64,000 bases of DNA. Origin: Eledone cirrhosa. Lineage: Eukaryota. The notes beneath the pieces are model-generated. The model saw only the letters and a program-made list of their open reading frames with translations. It made no database searches and had not been told where the DNA came from. Location: contig OZ024742.1 in assembly GCA_964016885.1 (NCBI GenBank), positions 271,002,001-271,066,000 of the forward strand, in the 5' to 3' direction. The position numbers and the translations under genes are program-made. Below are positions 14,445 to 27,068 of this stretch, piece after piece (positions within the stretch are counted from its first letter, which is position 1; the number at the start of each line of letters is the position of its first letter).

Positions 14445-15010
14445 CTTTAATCTCAGTCATTGATGTTGGTTAACTGGAAAGTCCGTTGGATTGAATATCA
14501 AGCCACTACCTGCAGCCTCAGATATTCAGGACGTATCGGAGGGTTCTTGCTGTTCCAAGCAAGCATGCCTTTTGAAGCGTTCCAAAAAGCGTGAAGGGGC
14601 CGATTTTATGTCTAACATTTTATGTCTAACATCCTGCTCCCATATTCCTCTCCAGAATGTTTTAGCTTGTTCCGCCCCAGGGATCAAGTCGTTGCCTCTT
14701 TCTTTCCCCTCAAGCTGTCCAAACAGCATCTTCTGGTTGTTGTCGAACATGCGGTTCTGTTTATACTGACTGACTCTGTTCTCGTATCGCCTGATTTTTG
14801 CACTCTTTGCTACAATGCGTTGCTTCAATTCCTCTATGATAATATTTAGCTTTTTACTCCTAGTTTTGTATTTTATTTCCAGTCTATTTTTAGTGCCTAT
14901 GTTTTTTAGTGTCCCATTCAGTAGTGACTCAAGCTTTCCTATGTCATTTCTCATTTCCCCGATTTGACCACTCAGTTGTTTTTTCCACCACGGCTCTGCT
15001 CTTTCTTGTC

Positions 15011-15011
<1 letters not shown>
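14445..15011 (-). mobile_element. Internal fragment of a second R4/Dong-like family
   Basis: IEELKQRIVAKSAKIRRYENRVSQYKQNRMFDNNQK is homologous to IETMKQKVSAKAARIRRFEKR..KDNNMFKNNQR of the 9554-13508 element. Bounded by (ATT)n on both sides. Confidence 0.8.
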
Positions 15012-15085
<74 letters not shown>

Positions 15086-15094
15086 CATTATTAA

Positions 15095-15280
15095 GGACGG
15101 TGGATTGGCAGTATTGGAAGAGGGTCCGACGCCATGCTTGACGTATAGAGTTACGGTCCTTGCCATTCTGAGTTCAAATCCCGCCGAGGTTAACTTTGCC
15201 TTTCATCCTTACAGGGTCGATTAAATAAAGTACCAGTAATGCACTGGGTAATTGCTGGCCTTGTGCCTAACGTAGAAACA
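15095..15280 (+). mobile_element. tRNA-type SINE (octopus-like family), copy 1
   Basis: B-box GAGTTCAAATCC, body GAGGTTAACTTTGCCTTTCATCC, (ATT)n tail. Homologous copies at 15302 and 28608. Confidence 0.85.
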
Positions 15281-15301
15281 ATTATTATTATTATTATTGT
15301 T

Positions 15302-15485
15302 GGGCGGTGAATTGGCAGTATCGGTAGAGGGTCGTACATGATTTCTAGCATAGTTACTTCCCTTTACGATCTGAGTTCAAATCCTGCCGAGGTTAACTTT
15401 GCCTTTCATCCTTATGGGGTTGATAAAATAAAGTACAAGTAATGTACTGGGATAATTGCTGGCCGTGTGCCAAAAGTAGAAACAA
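15302..15485 (+). mobile_element. tRNA-type SINE, copy 2 (tandem)
   Basis: Same B-box and body as copy 1, with an (ATT)n tail. Confidence 0.85.
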
Positions 15486-15508
15486 TTATTATTATTATTG
15501 TTATTATT

Positions 15509-16111
15509 AAATTGCTGACTTGTGGGTTTATATCGAACACGTGCTGTCGCGTATAGGACGGATCCGGCTATCATCTGAGTTCACCGTGAGGATTGCCCCG
15601 CCCTCTTCCTTTAGCCGGGAAGGGCAGGCAGTTTTTATCTGTCTGGTGGCCATGGCGAAAGAGATTGTATGGTGGACACGTTTGAAAGGGCTGAAGACGA
15701 GCACTTCGGTGATGCCCTGATTGACTTTTTCAAATTTCATTTGAAAAGGAAAATCAGGGTAGAGAGGGAAGTGCTCTCTTCCCAGCATTTTGTTGAAAGA
15801 TGGGGGAGAGAAGCAAGAATGGCCCGAGTGAATGGGCCTACTCTGAGTATGTATCTGTAAATTAAAGGTGGAAAACTGGGAGAGGGCACTTGCCTTGATG
15901 GTCAGGGTCACTGTGGCTTTTTACTGGGCTTTCTCCACAAATGTCCCTCCGAAGTCTCCCCCCTATTGGGGAATTTTTCATTGTTATTTTTTTGTTACAT
16001 CATCTGTTTTTGTTTTTTACAAGCAAAAATGCCCATTTAAACCGTCCTGTATTGTCCTGCACTGTCCTTAATGTCTACTTTATGTAAACCCTTGTGGTTA
16101 ATAAAGAAATC
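15509..16111 (+). mobile_element. 5'-truncated Tx1/L1-type LINE (ORF2 end and 3' UTR)
   Basis: Closely matches 21560-22146 and ends AATAAAGAAATC-(ATT)n. Confidence 0.9.
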
Positions 16112-16362
16112 ATTATTCATCCATTATTATTATTATTATTATTATTGAATGCTATGGTTGACGGAGGCTCGGCTCTGTAAGGTATTGTAAATTTTGAACG
16201 CTATAACAATTGTAAATTGTTTAAAACTTTAACGAACTTGTAGACAAAAACACCCTCCTCCTCGTGAGAGGGGTCTTTCTGCCCGTTATTTGGCCCTTCG
16301 GGGTTAAATAACTGCTTATTGGGGTTTTGTGCCCAATATTTATTTTAAACAAAAAAAACAAC

Positions 16363-18383
16363 ATGGCTACGAAAAAGAATTTTCATAGGTCACTCCCATT
16401 CATTCCGTCTTCTTCTTCCTCAATCATCACTACAGCAGAGAGAAGATTTTCTCTCTCCCTCCCTTCTTTAAATGTGTCTCTCTCCCTTCCTTCTCTTTCG
16501 CAAGCGACGAAAGAAAAGAAAAGTCTCGTGCAAAGCGTGCAAGATTTCTCCACGACGACGACGACAACGACGAAACAGGTGTGCAGGAAATACGAAAACC
16601 CACTTCATTCGTCTGACGTCAGGAATAATAGCAGTAGCAGCCGTAATAACAACATCAACAGTGACAATGAAAACAACAGTAGCAGCCACAACAGCATCAC
16701 CAGCAGCATAAACAACAACAGCATTAGCAGCAGCAACACCAACAACAACCACAGCAACAGCGGCGGAGGCAGTAGTCGTAGTACCTGCAGCAACAACAAA
16801 AGTAACAGCAGCTCTGACGACAACAACAACAACAGCAGCAAAGAAAAACCAATCTCATTTGCAGGTATTGCGAAAAAACTGGAAACAATCCTCATAACAA
16901 ATGAGGAATTAGAGGAAGCGAAGCAGATGGTGACAAAGACTGGACACCGAGCAATCTGCAAGGCAGCGGAAAAGTTTTTCGAAACCCAACAGCTCTGTAC
17001 GGTCACGTACCGTACAGTAAGTACAAAATCCCGTAGGGTGGAAAGAGTCACAGAGGCTCACATACAAAAAGCCTTGGGGTCTGTGTGGCAGCGGAAAACG
17101 CACATCACCCGAGGCAAAAAATATTCCACCGTAGACGTACTTTTGCCACACCCCAGGAGGCAAAGGCTCAATCCGTAGTGACCCTAAGGAGCGAGGAAAT
17201 GGTGTTGGTGCCCTCCTACTCCGGGCAAAAAATTGTGATGGTCAAACTGACCCACGTCCCCCCCCCCCCCGGGATGGCCCCTTCTTGCCTGGCCGCGTCT
17301 GTCCTCGTCGGAATCGAGGACAAAACAACTGTACTGCAAGTACAGAAAACAGTAAGAGAAGATTGGGTCGGCACCTCCATTGAGATGCTAATCCAAACCA
17401 ACCAGGAGTGCATCGAAGCTATCCCGGATGTGATAGACTTCGATAACGGCACTCAACTGCCCATAAGTGTTGAGGGCAAACGCCCGAAATGCTTTCGCTG
17501 TGGATCGAAGACTCACCTCAAGGCCTTCGGCAACGAGAAGACCCTGAGAAAGGAGAAAACCCCCCTCCTTCCGAAACTGGCTCCACGGCTACCAGCAACA
17601 GGACAAGCGGCAACCAGGAACGATAGGTCCGTGGCACCCATACCCACGCCACAGAAATTAAAAACAGCAGCAGCAGTGGAAATATTAACAACAACAACAG
17701 CAATACCAAATGCAGCTGCAACAGAGACTCCAGTGCAAACATCACCAACAACAAGTGAAAGAGTGGAGCTGGTACCCCTCCCCGACCTCACAGAATCAGA
17801 CATGGAGTGTGAGGTGGGAGAGGGATGGCAAAAGGTCGTAAGAAGGCACAAACGCAGAAGCAGCGCATCTTCGCCTTTGAAAAGGGAGGAAAGAAATGAG
17901 AAAAGGGTAAAGTCTACTGCAAAGAGACCCACAGCAGCAACACCACCAACACCATCACCACCCACACTAGCACCACCATCACCATCGGTGACAACCCCAC
18001 CTTCAACAACACATTCAACACCACCACCACAAGCACCAACATCGCAAACACAACAACAAAACACACACACCCAGCAACAACGACAAGAAAATAGCAGAAC
18101 CACACACCACCCCCAGAAAAACAAATGCACGGCAATACATACACACAACAAGAATCTAATGACTTACATAATTGAACACACAGACATTTCACAACACGAC
18201 TACATAATACCAGCACCAATCAAAACGCCAACTGAGATAAGACTGCTAAAAATAGCACAGAAACAATACACAAACATTAAAACGAAATACCCCAACGCAG
18301 TCGTTGATTTCAGGGACCTAGGAGGAACTATCAATCGAAGAGTATATTCAGACATTCTCTTAGAAGAGCCGACGACCAGCTGA
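16363..18383 (+). pseudogene. Tx1 ORF1 (gag-like zinc knuckle), one frameshift near 17150
   Basis: ATG in AACAACATGG context, N/S-rich N-terminus, VEGKRPKCFRCGSKTHL knuckle, WQKVVRRHKR, P/T-rich tail. Confidence 0.8.
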
Positions 18384-18501
18384 AGGGACGATTCAACGGT
18401 CCCTTCACCAGACGATCAAGTGAAAAGGGATGTAAAAACCATCCCTCCTCTACGAAAGTACGGTAAGTGGTCTTTCCCATCTTTTCCACTCTATTTTAAA
18501 C

Positions 18502-21500
18502 ATGACCTCACTCAGAATAGGCAGCATAAATGCGCGTGGCTTGGGGTCGTCATGGAAGCAGGGTCACCTGCTCAACGACCTCAGGTCACTAAACATAGAT
18601 GTAGTGGCCATCAGCGAGACCAGAATCTCCGAAGCACGGGTCTTCGCACCGATCTTTGGCGGCTACGATGTGTACGCATCTCCCAGCCGTCCTGGATCGG
18701 GGGGAGGAGTTGCTGTGCTTTTTCGGAGAGGTTTGGATCTCGCCATACGGGTGATCTTCCTGGACCCAGAGGGTAAGCTGGTGGTGCTGGACGTGACCAG
18801 CGGAGACGGGCAAGCTTTCAGGCTAGTGGCCGTCTATGCCCCGACAGGAGCAGGGTGGCCTGATTTCTTCCGGCGTCTGGAGACCTTTCTTGGAACGTCC
18901 CGCTCTTTAGTGTTAGTGGGCGACTGGAACGGGATCTTAGATGCACGCTGGGACTGTGTGGGATTAGCGGATAGGGGTGGAGGGTGCAAGAGCCTCACCA
19001 ACCGGCTCAGGCGTTTTGAACTGTCTGACGGGTACCGATTGGATTTCCCGAATGTGCCAATGGGGACTTGGACAAATCGCATAGGGTCATCCAGATCATA
19101 TCTAGATAGAGTATTTTGTAGGGAAATAGATAGGTCTAGCATAGGCTGTCCACAATTCAAGATAGTCAGCTACACGGAGCACAAATTCATGAACTGTGTG
19201 CTTGACTTAGATAGGCTTCATAGACGAGGACCCTGCTACTGGAAGCTAAACGCGTCCTTACCAGCGCGCAAGGCCTACAGAGACCGGATTAGCCAACTAG
19301 TTAAGCGGGCGTTGACGGGGGCCATCGTCAACAACAAGTGGTGGTTTGCTCTGAAAAGAGCGATTAGAATAGAATCCATTAGGTTTAGTAAGGCTTTAGC
19401 AATAGAGAAAAATAGAGCAGAGGGAGAACTAGTCAGAAAATTAGACGAGGCGCTTAGCAAAAGCATTGCGACCGACGTGCTTGCGGCGAAATTGGCCCTT
19501 GACCAATTCTTCAATGCAAAGCACGAAGGCTGCGTTGTCAGAGCAAGGGTGCGTGCTCTCAGACACGAGGGGACGAAAGCCGTTCAATGGGCCCGAGTGG
19601 CGGAGGCGCGTCGTGGCAACAAAGCCACGATCCGGTCTTTGGTGGACCACGACGGGCGCATGCTACTCGATCCCGGGCAAATGTGTGAAGCTTTTCAGCG
19701 ACACTTCGCTCAGCTGTTCGGGGGAAGCGGTGGGCCGGGTCGAGGGATGGACTTTAGTGTCTACCTCGACGGACTGTCCCGGCTCTCGGCCACTGAGGCG
19801 AAGTGTTGCGAAAAGCCGATAACAGCCGCTGAAGTAAGGGAGGCAATGACTGGCTGCACAAGCGGTAAATCGCCTGGTTTGGATGGTCTGCCCTATGAAG
19901 TTTACGTACAGATGCCAGACTTGTTCGGAGGCCTCTTGGCGGACGTCTACTGCAACTGGCAACAGAATGGGAGAATTCCCAGTTCTGTGAGCCGAGGAGC
20001 GGTGTCACTGCTGAGAAAGGATCCGAACAAGGGGGATAACATAGATAATTTCCGGCCCATATCTCTGCTAAACACAGAGTTCATGATTTTGGCCAAGGTG
20101 CTAGCAAAGAGGTTGGCGCTTGTCGTTGGTGGTCTGGTGGGAGAGGCACAGATCCATCAACGACAACCTCCACCTCATGCGATACATCGTAGAGAGGGTA
20201 GCTAAGGAACCTGGCACGGGTGGGTCCTTGATCAATTTAGATCAGTCGAAAGCTTTCGATAGGGTCGACCATCTTTACCTAGCGGCAGTCCTGAGGGCGG
20301 CTGGCTTTGGGCCCGTCTTCAGAGGCTGGATCGCTGCCATGCACAACGACATCTGCTCTGTGGTGAGAGTGAACGGTCACCTGTCGGAACCGTTCAACAT
20401 CATGAGCTCGATTCGCCAAGGATGTCCCCTCTCGTCCCTCTTGTACGTATTGACTCTCGAGCTATTACTGCACAGACTGGAGACGTTGAGGGGCGTCCCG
20501 CGCGAACTAGGTTGCAGAAGATCCGTGTCAACATATGCGGACGATGTCACCATATGCGGACGATGTCACCGTAGTGGTGTCGAACGCCAAACACATCTAG
20601 GCGATCGGCACTACACTAAGAGAATACGAAGCGGTGACAGGAGCAATGATCACCCAGGAAAAGTCAGTGGGCCTGCAGCTCGGCACCTGGAGAGGCAGGT
20701 CCATGCCGTCCAACAGCGTCGTCGGACGCTGGACGGACGGACCGGTTAAATTGCTAGGGGTCTGATTCGGTCCGGACCACCAGACGGACAAAAACTGGGA
20801 CGAGGTGACGAGCAGGGTGGCTTCTCTCACCCAGAAATGGGCGGAGAGGAAGATATCCCTGAAAGGTCGAGCGGAGGTGGCTAACGCGTACATCGCGTCT
20901 GTCATCTGCTACCGCCTGACCGTCGTACCTTGTCCTAAGCCTCGCCTGACTGCGCTGGAGCGTTTGCTCTTTCGCTTTTTGTGGAAGGGACGCGCTCCGA
21001 TGGTCAGGCGTTCCATCTGTTGTCAACACCCGCTACGTGGAGGGCTCGGCATGCCGTGGCTGATGATGCGCAGGCACGCGCTCAGGCTACGACATCTCCA
21101 CCTCTTCCTCGACGGTGATCAGGTGTGGTCGCCGTTTGCTAGACGCGTATTTCCCCAGCTCGTTTCCTTGACGGAGCTGCAATCCTGGGTCAAGCGAAGA
21201 CCGAGAGGGAGCGCCTGGAGACTGGAATGTCTTCAGGCGCACACAGCCCTCGACCAATCGGGCAATGTGATCGGTGGAAACTCCACCTCGGCGTTCTATA
21301 GAGGATTAGTGGAGGGGAAGAGCGACGACGTACTTGGGGAAAATCTAGGCGTCGACGAAAATCAACTAGCCAATCTCTTCGGAAGAACTTTCGGGCCGGA
21401 ACCTATAGACAACTTCCAGAAATCTCTGGCCTGGCAGTGCTACCGAGGAGCCTTGCCAGTTCGGGATAAACTCTACAGGCATGGAGGTGCCGTCAGCCGG

Positions 21501-21895
21501 GCATGTCCGAGATGCGCGCAGGGCGACGAAACCGTCCTGCACGCATTCGTCCAGTGTCCGAAAATTACTGACTTGTGGGTTTATGTCGAACACCTGCTGT
21601 CGCGTTTAGGACGGATCCGGCTATCATCTGAGTCCATCGTGAGGAGGCCCCGCCCTCCTCCTTTAGCCGGGAAGGGCAGGCAGTTTTTATCTGTCTGGTG
21701 GCTATGGCGAAAGAGATAGTATAGTGTACACGTTTGAAAGGGCTGAAGACGAGCACTTACCTCTTCGGTGATGCTCTGATTGACTTTTTCAAATTTCATT
21801 TGAAAAGGAAAATCAGAGTAGAGAGGGAAGTGCTCTCTTCCCAGCATTTTGTTGAAAGATGGGTGAGTGGGTCTACTCTGAGTATATATCTGTAA
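18502..21895 (+). pseudogene. Tx1 ORF2 (APE endonuclease, RT, zinc finger), frameshifted
   Basis: SINARGL, ISETR, VGDWN, SYLDRV, KSPGLDGLP, FRPISLLN, LDQSKAFDRV, IRQGCPLS, YADD and CPRC..ETVLHAFVQC. A 19-bp tandem duplication covers YADD (20532-20569). Confidence 0.93.
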
Positions 21896-22160
21896 ATTAA
21901 AGGTGGAAAACTGGGAGAGGGCACTTGCCTTGGTGGTCAGGGTCATTGTGGCTTTTTTACTGGGCTTTCTCCACAAATGTCCCTCTGAAGTCTCCCCCCT
22001 ATTGGGGAATTTTTCATTGTTATTTTTTGTTACATCCTCTGTTTTTGTTTTTTACACGCAGAAATGCCCATTTGTACCGTCCTGTATTGTCCTGCACTGT
22101 CCTTAATGTCTACTTTATGTAAACCCTTGTGGTTAATAAAGAAATCATTATTATTATTAT

Positions 22161-24910
22161 TTGCATTTATCTTGCTTTATGTTCATACGAGTTATCACCA
22201 AGTCACAACCAGTGACCTCAAGAGACAACAAGGTCCGCCATGTTCAAGAAAGAACATACATATTCACACATGCATCCTTAGTGTTTAGACTTGTGATGTA
22301 CTTATATTGACAGGATCTTCCTTAGTATATGGGCAGTTCCCATTAGTACTATCTTTTGTATTTCTCCTATACGCGGGTTTCCTGGGATTTGCGATAAGTT
22401 GTCGTTAGACCCCTTAGGTATCATTCCCAGAGCGCCTACAACCACTGGTATTGTTTTAGTTCTCAATTTCCACATTTTTCCAATTTCTATCTCCAGGTCC
22501 TTATACTTGCTCAATTTTTCAAATGTTTTTATAGATACATTCTTGTCTATTGGAACAGACATATCAATTAGCAGGCATACCCTCCTTTGAAAGTCCTTCA
22601 ATATTATATCAGGTCTATTTGCATCTATTTTTCGGTCTGTTTGGATGCTAAAGTTCCACAAGATTGAGATGTGATCTTTTTCAAGTATGGGAGGTGGTTG
22701 ATGCTCCCACCAATTCTTTTGATGGGGCAGGTCAAAATGCTTACACATTATCCAATGTATGTATTGTGCAGCTCTGTCATGCCTGTTTAGGTATTCGGTT
22801 GGAGCTATAGGACTGCACATTGAAATTATATGGTCAATGGTCTCTGGTTGTTTTTTGCATACACGGCATAATGGGCTGCACCCATTTTTTATTATGTTGG
22901 CTTGGTAATTTTTTGTTGGCAGACACTGATCTTGTGCCGATATAATCAGTCCTTCAGTCTCCGATTTCAGTCCACTGATGGGTTAAAGTTTTGTCAACAT
23001 CAGGATTGTTAGCTCGCTCTGGGTATTTTCCATACAGAGGCTTTTCTTGCCATTTCTTAGCCAGTTTCTGTAGCAGTTCTTTCTTTGCAGTTACTTTTAC
23101 CTGCTTTGCTTCTTCTGTGTTTTCCATTTCAGCAGTAAATGGGACTTCTGATATTTGTAGTCCATTACTGTATCTTTGTGCATCTTTTGTAATGGAATAT
23201 GATCTTTTGGTGCTTTCGTGTTTCAAGACGAGTTTGATCATCCAATCGTGTGATTCCCTTAGATATGTGGATAATCCAATTGTTGCAGTTTTCAACGCAA
23301 TGTCTACCTGGATTAACCCACGTCCTCCTTCTTTCCTAGGGAGATATATTCTATCTTTGACTGCCTTAGGGTGATGCATTCTGTGCATGGTTAAGAATTT
23401 TCGGATTTTTGCATCGAGCCTACGGATCTCTGTGCTTGACCAGTTGATGACATTGTAACTGTAGTTTACTACTGGTATGGCAAGCGTGTTTATGGCATCG
23501 ACCCTATTCCTTGCATTCAATTCCGTTCTTAAGATTGCTCTGACTCGGCGGTAACATTCCTTCCTTATCCTTTCCCTCATTGTCGAGTGCTTGATTCCGT
23601 CTCCTTCACAAACACCTAGATATTTGTAAGTTTTTTCTTGATCAAGCTCTTTTATCACGTTCCCCCGATCAAGATTAATGTCTGAACTCTTCAGCAGCTT
23701 TCCTCTGGTGAACGTTGCTTTGGCGCATTTATCCAGTCGAAACTCCATTTTAATGTCATCACTGAACTGCTTCACAGTGGATAATAGCCCTTGCAATTGT
23801 TCATCATTTTTTGCAAATAGTTTCAGGTCATCCATGTAGAACAGGTGATTAATGGTTTTGTCATAGACTCTATATCCATGTTTTGTTTCATTGAGCATTT
23901 TACTTAATGGTATTAGTGCGATGCAGAATAAAAGCGGTGATAAAGAGTCACCCTGAAAAATTCCACAATTAATATTAACTTCTCCAGCTTCCAGTGATTT
24001 TGTTTCACTATTCAGAAGGAGTGTCGTCGTTCTCCATGTCTTCATACTGAATGACAAAAACCTCCTGACAACGGGGGATATTTTGAAAATCTCTAAACAT
24101 TTTTCAATCCAACTGTGTGGCAAACCATCAAATGCTTTTTTATAATCTATCCAAGGAATCGATAGATTTTTGTGTCTATTATGACAATCTTCCAGTATCA
24201 TTTTGTTAACCAGAAGCTGATCCTTACAGCCATATGAGCCTCGTTTACACCCTTTCTGCTTAATGGGAAATAGGTCATTTGTTATCAGGTGGTCATATGT
24301 GTATTCAGTTAGGACTGATGTTAACATTTTATACATTGTGGTCAAGCAGGTTATCGGTCTGTAATTTGGGGGATTGTTTGTCTCATCATTCTTCGGTAGC
24401 AGGAATGTAATGCCGTTAACTAGCCATGATGGTATCTTTTCTGGCTCCTTAAGTATTTCATTCTAAAGTTGGGCTAACAGCTCATGAGACTCTGTGAAGG
24501 CATTTATCCAAAAGTTTTGTATGTTGTCTTTTCCTGGGGATTTCCATTTGCTGGTTTTTCTTAGAGCCAAGCGCAACTGTTCAACTGTTATATTTTCCCA
24601 TGTTTGTTCTTCAAGGTGAGCTGTTTCTTTCATTTGTCTGTCTATCCATGGGGCATGTATGTTATGAACTTTTTCTTCGGCCCAGATCTTTTCCCAGAAT
24701 TCTTGCACTTCCTCCTTGGGTGGTATTGATTTAGCAGTTATTGTTGACTTACCAATTTTTCTGTAGAAGTTTCTTTGGTTGTTTTTGAACATATTATTGT
24801 CCTTATAGAATCTAGATCGTTTTTCAAAGCGCCTTATACGAGCAGCTTTGGCCGACACTGTTTGCTTCATTGTTTCTATCAGCATGTCTATGTCACATGT
24901 TGATCTTATA
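22161..24910 (-). mobile_element. 5'-truncated second copy of the R4/Dong element
   Basis: Highly similar to 9554-12318. The nuclease motif NRPD is intact, there is a ~14-bp deletion at about 22973 and a stop at 24463. Both ends lie in (ATT)n. Confidence 0.92.
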
Positions 24911-24950
<40 letters not shown>

Positions 24951-26973
24951 AATATATATATATATATATATATATTTACATGTCTGTGTGTATGTGTGTG
25001 TATATGTGTATGCGTGTATGTGCGTGTGTGTGTGTGAGTTTGTGTGTGTGTATGGTACAAGAAAGTAGGAAAACTAAGCAGGAAGTGATGGACAGAAGAA
25101 TAATTCGTTATTTAATCTGGCTTTACTATGTTTTAGTACAGGTACATAACTGTCTGCACCCGCTGACTACATTGAATCATGTTCATTCGCATGCATTAGT
25201 GTAAAAGAGGGTTTGACCTCGACGTTATTTTTGAGGCCCTTTGAGTTGGAAGTCGGTTGTCGATCTACATACGTTTAGGTCAGCTATATCTAATTTATTT
25301 TCTTGTGTAAGCCCTTCTTATTGGTATCATTATGCAGTTTTATGCAATTACTTAGGCATACATTTCTTACAAATGTCGATATATCAGGTATAGATATTGA
25401 CGGTTTCATCGGCACGAATGAGTATTCCTTCCGTTTTGCACACTTCATCCATGGTGGATAGGTTTCGGGTGAAGTTATTGCAATACGGTATTTCTTCAAT
25501 CTAAAATTATTGACACAATACATTTTTATTGATCATATCGAAAGGCTTCTAGTTGTTGCTTATGTGCTGGATTTTTATATGAATTAATCCCCAAATTAGT
25601 ATTTTCCCCGGAATTTAGTTTTCTGTTAGGAACGTTTCTCTTATTTTCAAAATTGATTGCATTTTCTTGAATACGTGGATAGCATTTTTGTTTTAAATTA
25701 GATTACTGAGGTATTTCTAATTACGAGGAAATGATATATGTTTTAAAGATATTTCTATGTAGTGTTTTTCCATAATAAGTTGGTAAGTAGTCGATCTGGC
25801 TTGTCCGTCCAGGAGCAAGTTACGAGACGATGAATTAAATTTCGGTTATCTAGGCTAAATCAATAATGTGTGAGGTGAATGGAGTAACAAAATCTGGAAT
25901 GTCTTTTCACCTAATATTTTCCTTGGTGTTTTCGTTAGAGTTGTGAAAAATACATATCCATGTTCAATTATTATGATATAATTTTCAAGGAGAAGTTCAC
26001 AAATTAAATAATATATATATAAATATGGTACCATGAAGAAATTAGGAATAAGTAGGCAGGAATAGGTGGAGAGAAGAATTTATTATTTGATTTATCATTA
26101 AGTGAGTTCTGCATTTTTGCAATAGACAACATCTATTGATAAAACTAATATATAGTGTTTAATTTTCGTATCAGCAAGAAATCAAAATATAATATATAAA
26201 GATCAAACAGAAATAAATGAATAACAACAATTATACCATGTATAGACGTTCACTGTTATGTGTGTCAAGTGATTAGATACAAAATGACCAATGAGAAGAT
26301 TGGTAGCGTTGTAAGTGGAGAACAGTTCAACTTACGATGAATAATGATCAGGGAACCTATTGTTATCATTTAGAGAAATTGGTAATGTAGAATAGGGAAG
26401 GGTAAGAGAAAAGAAGAAAAAAAAGAAACAGAAAGGAAAAAATAAAACGGCCAGAAATGATAAGATTTCATTGAAAAGCAATAAATTTCATTGAATGGCA
26501 ATTTTGTAGGTATCGCAACAGAAACCAACAACAGAGGAGACAAGCGAGCGCCAGAACGAATGAAGTCAGTGAAAGAAAATATGGTGTAATGAGGAAGTTG
26601 ATTATTGTAGAATGGGTACAAAGACATAAAATACCTAATCCTATGTTAGTCGCGGTGATATTTAGCGATAATTTGAAAACCTTGTGTAGTCAGTTAAAGA
26701 TTATATTGTGTTGAGAGTACAATAGATCCGATCCAGTCATAATTGCCAACACTTCCATCACACGAAGATTTAAGGAGTGTTTTTTGTTTTGATGGACATT
26801 CGTCGGAAGATGGATATTCGTCGGAAGAAGAGATATTAATCTCGAAATGTCAGGTCATACGAATATGTTAAGGTAAAAAAGAGAAGCCCTGTTTCTTACG
26901 ATTTAATTATTCTCCGTCTAAACAAGCATTGTCCTGTCATTAAAATTTCGAATGCTTAAGTAAACTACAAATT

Positions 26974-27060
<87 letters not shown>

Positions 27061-27068
<8 letters not shown>

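Larger units (their letters stand above)
16147..22146 (+). mobile_element. Full-length Tx1/L1-clade LINE inserted in (ATT)n
   Basis: ORF1 plus APE-RT ORF2, a 3' UTR with AATAAA and an (ATT)n tail. The 5' junction is at the ATT run ending at 16146. Confidence 0.92.

Noticed and set aside
25200-26970. Possible host exon or TE ORF (ORFs 25290-25523 and 26370-26627)
   Set aside because: No recognisable domain or splice structure.
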